Of a DNA stretch of 64,000 nt, positions 37,442-49,241 are shown in pieces. This stretch comes from Bilabrum cf. latius (taxonomy: Eukaryota). Location: assembly GCA_965178125.1 (NCBI GenBank), contig OZ237738.1, positions 434,001-498,000 on the forward strand, given 5' to 3'. The translations under genes and the position numbers were made by a program. Position 1 is the stretch's first letter. Every line of letters begins with the position of its first letter. The notes beneath the pieces were generated by a model that was not told the origin of the DNA, made no database searches, and saw nothing but the letters and a program-made list of their open reading frames with translations.

Positions 37442-39391
37442 ATGAGCGAGAATCTGACAACATCTCCTGAGGTTGCGTTAGCACAGACAACAGAATCATC
37501 CTCTGGCGCCCCGCTATTGGAGGTAGAGGGCAGACAGCCAACGGACGAGGAGATTCTCGATGCGTACGAAGTAGAGCGTGTTGTCCGATTTGCTCGCGAT
37601 TGTGGGTGCAAGCGTTTGGCATTGTAGTTCCCAGACTGGATGTTAGTGCACTGTCCAGCAGTTGCAAGGCTTGTGTCTGACCGACTGCCAGAAGAAAGCA
37701 TAGCTTTTGTCCTCGGAGACACTTCATACGGAGCAGATTGCGTTGATGAGGTAGCAGCAAAGCACCTGGGAGCAGATGGCGTCGCTCACTTTGGACCAGC
37801 ATTCTCACACGCGACTTCATCGCTCCCAACACTGTTTGTGTTTGGCAGAGGCGACATCGATCCAGTTGCTACGGCCGATGCAATTGCGAGCCGAGTAGGC
37901 AAGCTCGACGTAAGCTTGCGACCTGGCAGCTCTGACGGAAAGAAAGACAAGCAAATGCTTGTGCTTCTTGCAGACTCATAGTACAATTCGGTTCTTGCTG
38001 CAACGTGTGCTTCGTTGCGAAACCATCCCGATATTGTTGGCGATAGCCGCGTCAGCTGGGACGTCTTGTCTGGCGAACAGGAAGCAGAATAGCTTGTTGA
38101 GCCATCTTCGAAAGCACCTGAAGCTGAAACAACCACAGGAGAAAGTTACAGTGCGTCAGGGTCGTCTGAAGCTGCTAGCAGGAGTGACGAGGGCGGGGAT
38201 GCTGCTGCTGCGACGGGACATGCCGGCAAGGTGCTGCAGCTCAATCTCGCTGGAGCCTCTGTCTCCTTACCGCCGTGGTGCACCGACTTGAGTTAGGTGC
38301 ACCTTGCGTACATTGGAGATCCAGGCCCGGGCGGCTGGGCGGCAGCGGGTCCAGGAAGCGGGTCCACGCGGCTGACCCAGGCCATGATGAGGCTTGGCTG
38401 CGGGGATGCGATCGTCTACTCGCCCAGGAAGAAGAAAGTGGCACCGGGCCCGGACATCCACCGCCAATTATCCCGCCGCTTCATGGCAGTCGAGCAGGCC
38501 AAAGTTGCAAAAACGGTGGGGATTGTTGTGGGCACCCTTGCAGCACGCCGCTTTCGCGATGTTCTGTGGGGCCTCAAACGGCTGGTGCGCGCCGCCGGCC
38601 GTGGGTGCTACACGTTCGTGATCGGAAAACTCAAGCCAGAGAAGCTTGCTAATTTCGGAGAGATTGATGTTTTCGTGCTGGTGGGGGCTGGTGACAGTGC
38701 TCTCGTGGATACCCGAGAGTTTCCGAAGCCTGTCGTGCTGCCGTACGAGGCAGTGCTTGCGTTCAACCCAGAGGTGGAATGGGATGGCAAAATCGTCCTC
38801 GACTTCGATGAGCTGGTCAAGTTCTTGCCACCGAAGCCGGAGCCTCTATCTGCGACAGATACTACTGCCACAGCTACCGGAGGTCTTGCTGCGAGCGCAG
38901 CAGCAGAGCCAGTGGTGTCCGACAGCACAGCGCCAGGTTCTGCAGGTGATAGCGCAAAGGGCCTGGGTGCTGGGTCAAGTACAGCCGGGATCGAGGACGA
39001 GGATGAGGAAGAGGATGACGACAAGCCGTTCTTCTCGCTGGTCACAGGCAAGTACGAATCGCGGGGATCTGCCAAGTCTGGCGGCCCGACCGTATGGGGT
39101 GGCAGCACGGCACTCACCGTGTCGGGAGCCGGTTAGGTTGCATTGCCGTCAGAGTACACGGGTGCCGGCCGCCTGGCGCAGCTGAACTGGCAGGGGATGG
39201 ACTATGAAGTTACCGAGGAAGCAGACACCAAGGTTCACAAGGGATGGCACGGGGTTGCAAGCGGTTTTGAGGGCGAAGGCGACGGGGAGCGCGGCGTGGA
39301 AGGCAGCGATCATGACAAGTCACGGACCGCCGGGGCAGCTGCAGAGCCAGGTGCCGCCAGCGGGGCTAGTGGCGGATAGGCAGGAACATGA
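37442..39391 (+). CDS. DPH2: Diphthamide biosynthesis protein DPH2, 649 aa
   Basis: YEVERVV, LAL(TAG 37625)FPD, LGDTSYGADCVDEVAAKH, GIVVGTL, GKLKPEKLANF.EIDVFVLV, FPKPVVLPYE and the Dph2-type C-terminal WQG...G..GVASGF. Six in-frame TAG; TGA 39389-39391. Confidence 0.85.
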
Positions 39392-39485
39392 ATCAGGTAT
39401 CCGCGTGATTTGATGCTACTGAAAGAAAACTACCTCTGTTTGAAGAACATGCAAAGCTTACCGTTTGGCTGCGCACTGCCACTAG

Positions 39486-42400
39486 TCACGTTTCATCACT
39501 GCCTCCCGACCCGAGCCTGGGGCTGGCCGCCAATGAGTGACTTTCCTTCGATGAAGAACTCTAATCCACATTAGATGACGTCTCTTCCGACTCGATGACG
39601 CTCGGCAGGGACGCTCTGCCGAGACCGAAGGCCGAGGCGATAGCGCTTCGCGCACGGTACCCTGGGACAGTGGGGGCTAGCGCCTTCGTGGCACCTGCTG
39701 CAATCTTCGGAGAGTCCTTGTTACGTCCACTGGAGTCTTTCTGCCCCACTTTGCTCCTCTACAGTTCTTGGGGGGCCGTTATCTCCTTCTGGAATTTGCC
39801 GGCCTCGTCCGTGCATCGAAGAAGCAGCAGTGAGGCCTTGTCTCTCTTGATCCGAGCCGCCTGCAGGTCCTCTCTGGCCATCTCCAATCGCATGCCGGGC
39901 TGCACGATCGCGCTATACCGACCAAGAAGCCTGTGCAAAGGGAATTGCACCAGCCTCCTCCGAATGAACACAGCTAGAGCCGCCATTGCGTTCAGCTCGT
40001 TTAGCTTCTTGTTGTATTTCTACCGGATCTTCTTGCTCGTGCGAGGTCTGCGCGCCCCTGCCCTTGGCTTCACCTGGCCCACGACTGCTTCGAGCCATGG
40101 CAGCTCCTTGCGAGGATCTTGCGGATGCGCTGCCTCCACAAGTCCACCAGTGTGGCACTCGATCACAGCAGATAGAGACACCTGTGGCGACGCAGACGAG
40201 CTGGCCTGGCCGACACCATCCGTGGCCATGCCAGAGGCGGCCTCATCACCGGATTGAGCAGATGTTGCTGTCGCTCTATGTACGGGTCCTGGTCCGCTTG
40301 CACTGCCAGGTCCATCGCCCGGACGGCCATCGCTGAGAATGCCTGCACCACTTGGATCAGCGAATGGATTGTCCGCGTTCCATCTGGTCCGAACCATCGC
40401 ACGGAGGCCGCCTGATGAAAACTTGGCCCGAGCTGACGTAGCGGTAAGCTGACTGGCCATCAACTCCGACTTTGCTGATGAAGTCGGCATTAGCCACGGA
40501 TGCACGGCCAGCACGCACGCATTGTACCGATTCTCTGCCTGCACCTCCAGCAAGCCGCGCAGCAGATCGATGCACTCTGGACTAAGCCCAGCAGGCAACA
40601 ATCGCCAGCTGATCTGGCCTCGTCGGGCTGCCCTATACTGCTCCTCCTTGGTCGAACCAGCAAACGGGATACGGCCGGACAGGAGGCAGAACAGCGTGAC
40701 ACCAAAGGACCAGTAGTCGCTGGCTGTCTGCCCCTGGTGCTTGAAGAGCTCGGGGGCCATGAAGAGAGGGGTACCCGCAATGCCGGCGACGAATGCATGC
40801 TACTCGCGATGCAAGTACCCCTTATGCGACATAACGGCACTGTTCACCTGTGATACACGGATGCTCTGGTCGCTTTGATTTGTGCCGCCTGCCTTGGCCC
40901 GCACGACTGCCTTGGCCCAGTCGGACACGGACTTGGATGGTTCTCTAGCGCTGGAATATGACAGTGCAGCCGTCTTGCTGCTGCTTGCCGTTGCCCCCGA
41001 TTGCGAGTGGGCTGCCCATGCTGTTGTGTTTGTCAGATACGAAGCACCTTGATCTGCCGGCTGGTGCAAGACTGCCCTTTGACTGGGCCCAAAACTAGTA
41101 TCATTAGAGGTGGAAATAGCCCTCTCTCCATCGATAGAGACGTTCAGCCGTCCTTGCACGGGTGTCATTGCGTTCCTTTCTGAGCTGAACTAGAAACGTG
41201 GTCCACTATCTGCAGCATGCTTGCTGCTTGCGACTGGTACTTCTCTGTCCATTACAAAGAAGTCGTCGTCGCCTCGCGACATATCGTCTGACAAGGAGAT
41301 TGCACTGCTATCGGCCTGGTCTGTCTCTTTGTTAAACCTCTTAGTTGTCCCTTGAAAGTCTGCACGTCTGATGCGTCGACTGGTGGCAGCTGCAGACCCG
41401 AGTCCCTTCGAGGACGTGCTCCGATGAGTGCTTTCAGGAGATCGGCCTGGTCCGGATCTCACGTAGCTTTCACTCAATTCGGCGATGGCGCGGCGGTCTG
41501 CACCGGCTTGATAATTTTTGACTCGGCTATTTTCGTCACGAATCCGGCTAGCCTAGACAGAAGAAGATTTTGAAATGATCGTACTGATGGCAATATGCAA
41601 GCGTGACTCTGCACAAATTGTCGCTTCGTCCGTTGCGAGCCTTGGCGACTGTGGTTGAGGCGACGAAAGTTGGATCTTAGAACCAAGATCCGGTCCAGAC
41701 GTAGCTGTCTAGGGTATTTCCTGGCTACTACAGCCATAGTCGGACTACCAAACCGTGCATGGTCGCATATCTAGGGGTTCTGATGCCCCTGCTCCGGAGT
41801 GTGGACTGCTGTCCGATGGTGGACTGCTGTCCTATGGAAGCTTCAAGTTGCTTGCTATAGAGCCCCAGTGCGACGACACGAGGTATACGCAGGGCTTTGG
41901 CCCGCAATGGGATGCACAAGCAACGCTGCTGATAGTTGGGCCTATCTCAGTCAGCTGACTTGCCTCCTGTTCAGACCGAGCCGATCTGCTAAGCACGCTC
42001 GACGCATTGGCTTTGCTGCGAAAGTTCTACGCTGCTGAAACGGCAGTCTTCACCCCACCCCTTGACTCTTGAACTGCCTTGCACAAAGACAGAAAGGCTC
42101 TATGTTCGAGTCTAGCAGTATCCGCCGCTACAATCCCAACTGCGCCAGCCCGTCGCGTCGAGTTCGGCCTCTCAGTCGACGCCGGTGACCGATCGCTGAT
42201 CCCAACTATGCTGCAGTAGAGGTTTGGCTCATGCAAAATCATGGACCTGGCTTCCTGTATCGATTTGGCCACAGTCACAACGACGTGCTGCGAGGCAGCT
42301 GCACCTCTCGATTCGATCATCTGCGTGACAGACTCCAGTGACTCGGCGGTCACTGAAGCATACATTGTGCCTGATCTGGTAGCATGGGTCGCGTTTCCCT

Positions 42401-45400
42401 GTCTCTGCCTCTTGCTAGTTGCCGGCATGGCCACAAGCAGCACACTACAAGGCAGCCCCAACTCACTGTCTGCATCCGGGGATAAATCGTTGGCCTGGGT
42501 AAACAACGGCAGCGGATGAGGGCGCTGCAATGGAGCGTATGAAGGCATCACCAGGTGCATGTCATCGTGACGGTCGATGGCAACCGTTCTCCAGGTATTC
42601 TTTGCCTGGTCTGATTGCGCAGCGCCTGTCTACTCCGTTGAAGTGCTGCCATCTGCTGATCTGCTGGCCGTCTGAAGTCCGAGCCCATCCTTGGATATGT
42701 CGACAGCGAGACCGAAGTCAACCAAGCAAACCCGTCCGGTGCCATCCAGTACAAGGTTGGAAGGCTTCACGTCGCGATGCAGCACTCCCGCAGAGTGCAA
42801 CTGCGAAAGAGAGCAAGCGACCTGCCGGCCCACTACCCGAGCCGCGCTCTCCGTCAGCCTCCACCGCCCTGGTCGTTCCCGCAGCAAGCTAGTCAGCGAC
42901 TTTCCCTCAAGCAGCTGCATCACCAGGCCAACCTCATCGTTGCCAATCACAACCCCTTCAAGGCGACACGCGCCTTCCACTCCATGCACAGCGCACCTCA
43001 TCAGTGCAAGCACCTCCCCGCGCACCACATCGGCCTTCAGCGATGCTCGCCGCCCGGAGTTTCCGGCTGAGTACGAGATGGACGAGTCGGGTCCGTGCCT
43101 CTTTTGCTCTGAGCGTGATCGCCGGCTGACCTTCAATGCGACCTTGCGGCGTGTCGGCAGATGCACGGCAAGGTAGACGCGCGCGAAGCCGCCCTCACCA
43201 ATGACCTTGAGTCGGACGTAGTCGAGCATGTGAGATCGAGGCAGGTCGAGCACATTCAGATCGTGCAAGCCTGAGGCATGAGGCTGGACCTTAGTGACTG
43301 GAACATCTCTGATATCTCCATTTTCGCTTGTGCCGTTCACAAAGACGGTCAGCAGCTTCCCGGAGCCTTGATCACTAGCGACCGCTGACATTGATATGAA
43401 CACGGTCTCACCCGTATCCACACGCAGGTGTCTGCTTGGCAGCAGCTTTGCCGTGCCTGGGTCACGTCCATCTGCGGCCAAGTCGTTGAGGCCTACCAAG
43501 CTCCATTCCCTCAGCCACTGGCGCAAATCTGCACCAGCGCCATGATGATATCTCCCACCGCTGGATCTGAGGCATTTCTCAAGCTATGACATCCAAGTCC
43601 TGTGCCAACTCGATGCAGCTCCAGCCTGTGGTTGCAACTCGCTCAACTCTCCATGCTTGAACTGCTCAACGACTCCGTCAGGACCAATGAGAGCCGAGCA
43701 TACGATCCATCTGCCTGAAGCTAGGAGTCCTTGCCGCTCCCTACTTGGCAGTTGGGCGTGTTCAATAAGAAGCGGCTGCCAGTCAACAACGCGAATGGTG
43801 TGCTTCCAATGGATCGCTGCCTCGCGAACGACGCTACTATTACCGGCCGCATGCGCCTCTACTACAGGTTGCGCGTCGCTAGAATTCGTTGCTTTTGCAT
43901 GCATTGGGTCGGCACCACTGGACTAAGTGTGACGCGTCCACTGGCGCCCCAGATACGGGGCCAAGACACTTTCGTTGAGAGACGGACTTGTTGCCAGCTA
44001 CTCGGTTGCCCCAATCATGGGCGTGCAATGAGCGTGTAAGTTCTTTGCTTGCAATGGCGATTTTGTGGACTTGGTACCCACCATGCTAGCTGCAATCTTC
44101 TCGCTTGCGAAGAAAGGTCTAGTCGTCCACTTTTTGCCTGTGTCTTCGTACAGAATCGTTGCAGGGCCAGAGCCAACCCAAGTCGCAACAGTCGGACCTG
44201 CTGCCGTGCCAATCGTTGGCTAAATGTGGATAGACAGCGCCTTAAGTACCTTGTGAACCTAGTAGAGCAAGCTGCATGCGGCAACAATGCTGCGTTCTGG
44301 TGCTGCAAACTTTCTACCCGTGAAGCTATTGGACACGGCTGGTATCGAGTTGGAGGGCGCAAGCAAACCCTCAGATACAGCAGCAGATTGGTCTCGGGGC
44401 ACGTGGCGTCCTTCATTTTCGTCACTCGCCGCCCGGGCATTCTTGTTGTTCGAAGCCTCAGTGTTGAACCATGCCACTCGGAACATCCCAGGCAGACTGC
44501 GCACTCGGATGGCCTCATACTTTGCACACACAGCATCGACTTCAGCACCAATCCGTCGATGAAGAGCCAGGGCAGCGACTGGCCCTGACAAGTCATTGAT
44601 TGCCTTATATCCACCAAGCACCAAAGTCACCACGATGGACCGACCGAGATCCACAGGACGATTCCGAAGTGCCAAGGTTGCAGAAACTTCGTGTTTCCTA
44701 TAGTTTTCATTGTTGGGCACCACCAGGCTACTAGCGCTAGACCAAACAACGTCTTGCCGCTACGAGCTGCTTGAGCTCGAGGCTCCAGCCGAAGGATTTG
44801 ATAGCGGTTCTGAGCTGCGCAGCAGGCCTTTGGACTCAACTTGCACTGCACCTGCTTGCTGCTGCCTCTTGAGCTCGCGCAGGTGCTGCAGGATCAGAGA
44901 CTTCGGCATCAGAGCCGAGGCAGCTGCAGCCAGCTAAGACCTAGTCTGCTTCAAAACCGCTGATGTGGTCTGGAGCAAAGCCTGCACAGTTGCCAAAGAG
45001 GACCCCAGTGTGCCTACCTGAACGAGCCGACCAGAAATCATGGCAAGCATGTAGATCGCACTGCCAGTTGCTGTTAACAGTGCCGTCCAGCTCTAGTTTG
45101 CTGAGTCAGCATCGATCTGCTCCTGCGACCACACACTAGCACATGCAGCTATTGCGTCCTCCCGCGGTCGCAAACCAGGCAAATTTCTCTGTAGTCCTAC
45201 GTAAGGGACGATCGGCATCAGCAGCGCTGCAACGATACCAACCGAAACTGTGCCTGCATTCACGCCATAGGTGCGAATGAGTCCAATCTACAGCTATATT
45301 GCCGCCAATATCGAGCCAGCGGTGGACACGCCGGGTTGTCTAGCGTGGCAAGATTCAGCAAAGGTCTCCAATGCAAACAGTGCATGCGTCGCTACGTGCG

Positions 45401-48400
45401 ACAACACTGCCGATGAGTACGCAACGAATGCAACTCGATCTGGCACAAAGGCTCCCTGAATGTGATACCAAAGACCAGCTATGACCATCCCGAGGCTAAT
45501 GAGAATCCTGGGTAGGTGAGCCATGAGCAGGCTAGCAGTGGATCCATCAGACCCCCAGGACATGTTGCCCGCAGTTACCTCCAAATTGGCAGCAATGAAC
45601 CAGTCTACCAGAGAGTTCTGTATGATGCTAGCTCCAAGCAAAGCCATGATCAGCGCCGAAATGAACGGTAAACCGTTCGTGTTCTCAATTGGAGTATCAT
45701 GGTCGTCTGTGTCTGCCTGACCGGGTACGAACATCTTGGTCACGTCGCCCAACTAACCAGGGAGAAATTCAGCCTATAGCTTGCCCCCATCATGACTACT
45801 ATGGTGAGCGTGAGATGTGGTGTTTTTTCCTGACAAATACCCTGAGCTGCTACCCATGACTGGGGCCAGCCAAGGCGGGATCGGCTCATTGCGTGCAGCG
45901 TCTAGCACAACTAGCCTCTTCGGTGATTTAGCATGGATTCCACCACACAGCTGATTGATTGCCTGGAGCAGCTTGGATGTGGTCAGCTCTACGCTCTACC
46001 GGCCTTCTCCAAGGGCGACGGTGCAGGGAACCAGAAGCTCGACTCCGACTGTCCTATCGGTGCTTGCGGCTCCTCTAGAGCTGCTAGAGTTAGAACGCGA
46101 GTGCATCTTGCCTGAATCAATAGGCTTGGAATGACTACGACGATTGGAAGAATCACCTGCGATTCTTCCCGATCCTGCAGTTGAAGGTAGCCGAGCACCG
46201 TCTTCGAGGGCGGTCTGACCCGCTTGGTTCCCTTCATGGCAGTCCACGGAATGTTGGAACCAAGCAATGAGAATGTCAAGCGCAGCCTTTATGGTCTGCA
46301 GCCCGGACAGGCTTGGGGCTTTGGCAACACGTGACGTTGACGTTGCTCTAGATCGGCTGCGGAGCCACCGAGCGCGGTCCCGCGGATCAATGGCGATTGC
46401 CAGTCTCCACTAAATACCAGCCTATACCGCGGAACTTATCATCTGCAGCACGTCAAGCAGTCGGTGCATGGTGTCTGGGGACATACGCACCGCGTGAACG
46501 ACGTTGCCGTCTACCCTGCCTGACGCACTAGAGAGAGATCTTGATTGGTGATGCTCATGAATCGTCGCCGCTTCTGCAGCCAGCTTGCGTGCCTACACGA
46601 GGCCTCCCCCAAAGGCAGACCATTCGTGCGGCTGCTGCTTCAAGCCAAGCAGGCCAACCACCATCGACACCTACGATGAATTCGGATATGAGATGCCACA
46701 GTCGAGTCGCATGCCGTGATTGTCTGCGGCAATGGCCCCGGCAGTGAACCTCCGAATGGAGGAGAAGCAAGCGAATGCAGCAGCAACGCGCTGCGTGCCG
46801 CGATCGATCGGCTTAATGGACCTCTAGGGCGTCCGCATGCCGGCTGCTCCGATCCACTGCGGCGTGACACCTTTGCCTCCTGCATGCTCGAGCTGCAGCT
46901 TGTCGATCGTGAGCTCTTTGGAGACTTCGCTCCACTTGACCTGGTTGAGCAAGAACAGTGATTTTCTCTGCGCTGTTGAAAGTACGCCCAGTGCCGCCGC
47001 CCCAATGGATGAGTCAGTTGAGCTGCTGATGGATGCGCTGTAGTACCTGCACAGAGCTAGGATGATCCCAGCCGTTGATGCCTGTGGTCCTGCGACCTTG
47101 GGCCGACCGCCGGGCGCACTGACGGCCGAATCCAAGCAGCGCGACAGGATTGCACCAGCCTATCGTAAAGACCGCGGCGGGAATTCCCCACATGACTCGT
47201 TTGAAGCGTCTCCTGCATCGGTGCTCTTGCGGACAATGGGCACTGTCTCGGCGCCGCCACCTAGAGGGTACGACCCTTGTGAACGAGATCCGGCGACTAG
47301 GCTCGCGCGCACTGCCATCACAATGGGTTTCGCCTCGAACGCCATCACACCAGCTGCCATGCACTCCTAAGCAAAGGGCGGCACCTGGTTTCGAACTGCA
47401 CTGACGACAACCTGCTGCTGCTGCTACGCCTGCACGACGGTTCGCCGCAGCCGCTCTGCGGCAGTAGAGCCTCGGTACCTCAGGTACTCCTACTCTATCG
47501 CCAGCATGGCTCCAAACGCAAGTGGAAGCGTCAAAAGGTACACAGACAGCTCCAGAAGGGAGCCAATTCCATTCAAGCCCAATGGGCTGAAGAAATCGTA
47601 CCGATGCTCCTCGTCGAGAACATCAATGTCGGCCGTCCCGAATGGGTAGCTGGGCCCTGCCACGCTCACGGCGATGAAAATCGCGGCGAGGCAAATAAAG
47701 TACACCCATGCGTACGACAGAAACGTCCAAAAGGCCCGATCAACATCATACGGGGCCGTGATTGGCCATGAAATCAGCATCAGAATGGCTACTGGGACAC
47801 CACGACCAGGGCTGATCACCAGGTCGAGAGAAGTAGAAAATACGGCAAGCATTACAATTGTTAACACTGGAGCTGCTGCACCTGCAGCAAGCTCGAGACC
47901 TCGCGATGCTGTTGCTCGCAAACGCCAAGAAGCGTGGGGAGACGAGCCCGTGCGGTCGCAATGAGTCAATCCGCTGGAGGGAGGCGGAGCATCGTTGGGC
48001 GCACCTATCTCGGGCTCATTTGACAGACCATCAGCGGTCTCTTGCTGCTGCTGATCTGCTGCCCCAGCATCAAGCGAGGATTCGAGGTCCTCCAAATCGC
48101 TGAACTCCGAGTCGGCTGCCGAAAAGGGACCATCTTCGTCTGTGCGAATGGCTGATACACGCCCTCCTCTGCTAAGTGCCATACAACAAGTCGATTGGAG
48201 ACAACGCTGACAATCAAAGAAGCTGGAGCAGCAGGCTCGGGAAAACCCCCCAGCACCCGATATGGCGCGATCCAAGTCAGCTTCAACAACTGCGACCATA
48301 TCATGATGAGGTGCTGGTGCAGGCCCAGCTGTTTCTCGTGTCTAGGACTGGTGCGTCTTGCGAGTCATCTCGTCAGCATGCTCTCTCTAGCCTTCTTCAC

Positions 48401-49019
48401 CACATTCAGGATCATTTGGGGTGTCTGCGTGGACGCTCACAGCCGGCCTACTTCTGGACTAACCACAGCTGCAGCGTCTGGCCCGACAGGACAGTCCAGA
48501 TAAAACAACCAGGCAAGCCTTTGAAAGTAAGATGGCTCGAAGCGCAGATTGTCTGGTATTATTCCCACAAGCGCCGTGCAAATCGAAGCAACCGTGATGA
48601 CGGCACCACTTCCCTTCGGCAGCACCTGATCTCGATCGACCGGACAACCCATCAAACGCTGGGCGCTCACCACGATAACGAAGTTTAGGCTCTTTAAGCG
48701 CATTCTTCGGATCTCTAGACGAAGCAGGGCGAGAGGGTTGGCGAACACTCTTATCGAGCTGCGCAACTGAGGCAGGCGCAGTGCTTCTGATGGCTTGAGC
48801 CCACAACCTCATCAACCAAGCAGTGCCGATCAAAGAAATAATAAATGTTATACATACAAATGCTACTGGAATTGACTATCCCGCTTGCCGAGACGTTGCA
48901 ACGGGAGCATCCCCATTCGCAGATGATCGAGGATTCGTAGCTAGATTTGCAATCATGATAAATGCAAACATGCTTACAAACACTCCACACATGCATGTCA
49001 AACAATTAATCGTTGGCAT
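39486..49019 (-). CDS. Multi-pass membrane protein with two degenerate class III nucleotidyl-cyclase-like domains fused to a C-terminal AGC-like Ser/Thr kinase with a ~640-aa activation-segment insert (~3,177 aa)
   Basis: Single frame from ATG 49019 to TGA 39486, broken only by TAG. Kinase: IGEGGFARVY, VALK, HRDVKPSN, DFGLA (~43220-42700), then GTPLFMAPE, DYWSFG, HPWL (~40780-40490). Hydrophobic clusters at ~49000-47500 and ~45700-44990. The kinase call is strong; the cyclase-like call is motif inference. Confidence 0.75.
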
Positions 49020-49241
49020 ATCCCAATTTCAATAGTAGGCTCGGTTGTCAGCCTGAAGAGATAGACTAGCCGAAGGGCTAGCGAGGTTCCGTTCGCCACG
49101 TCACAGGGTGGTCGCAAAATTGGAGAGCCGCGCAATCTGTGGAACCGATAGTTGGTCGCAGGTTTCGAGGCTCAACTAGAGAACTAGGCCACACGGCATT
49201 AGCCTAAACAAATAAGAGAGAAGCTATCATGCTCAATTCAC

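Noticed and set aside
49020-49241. Possible suppressor tRNA(CUA) in this or other intergenic gaps
   Set aside because: No cloverleaf or convincing T-arm/D-arm arrangement seen by eye; the tRNA, if present, is presumably elsewhere in the genome.
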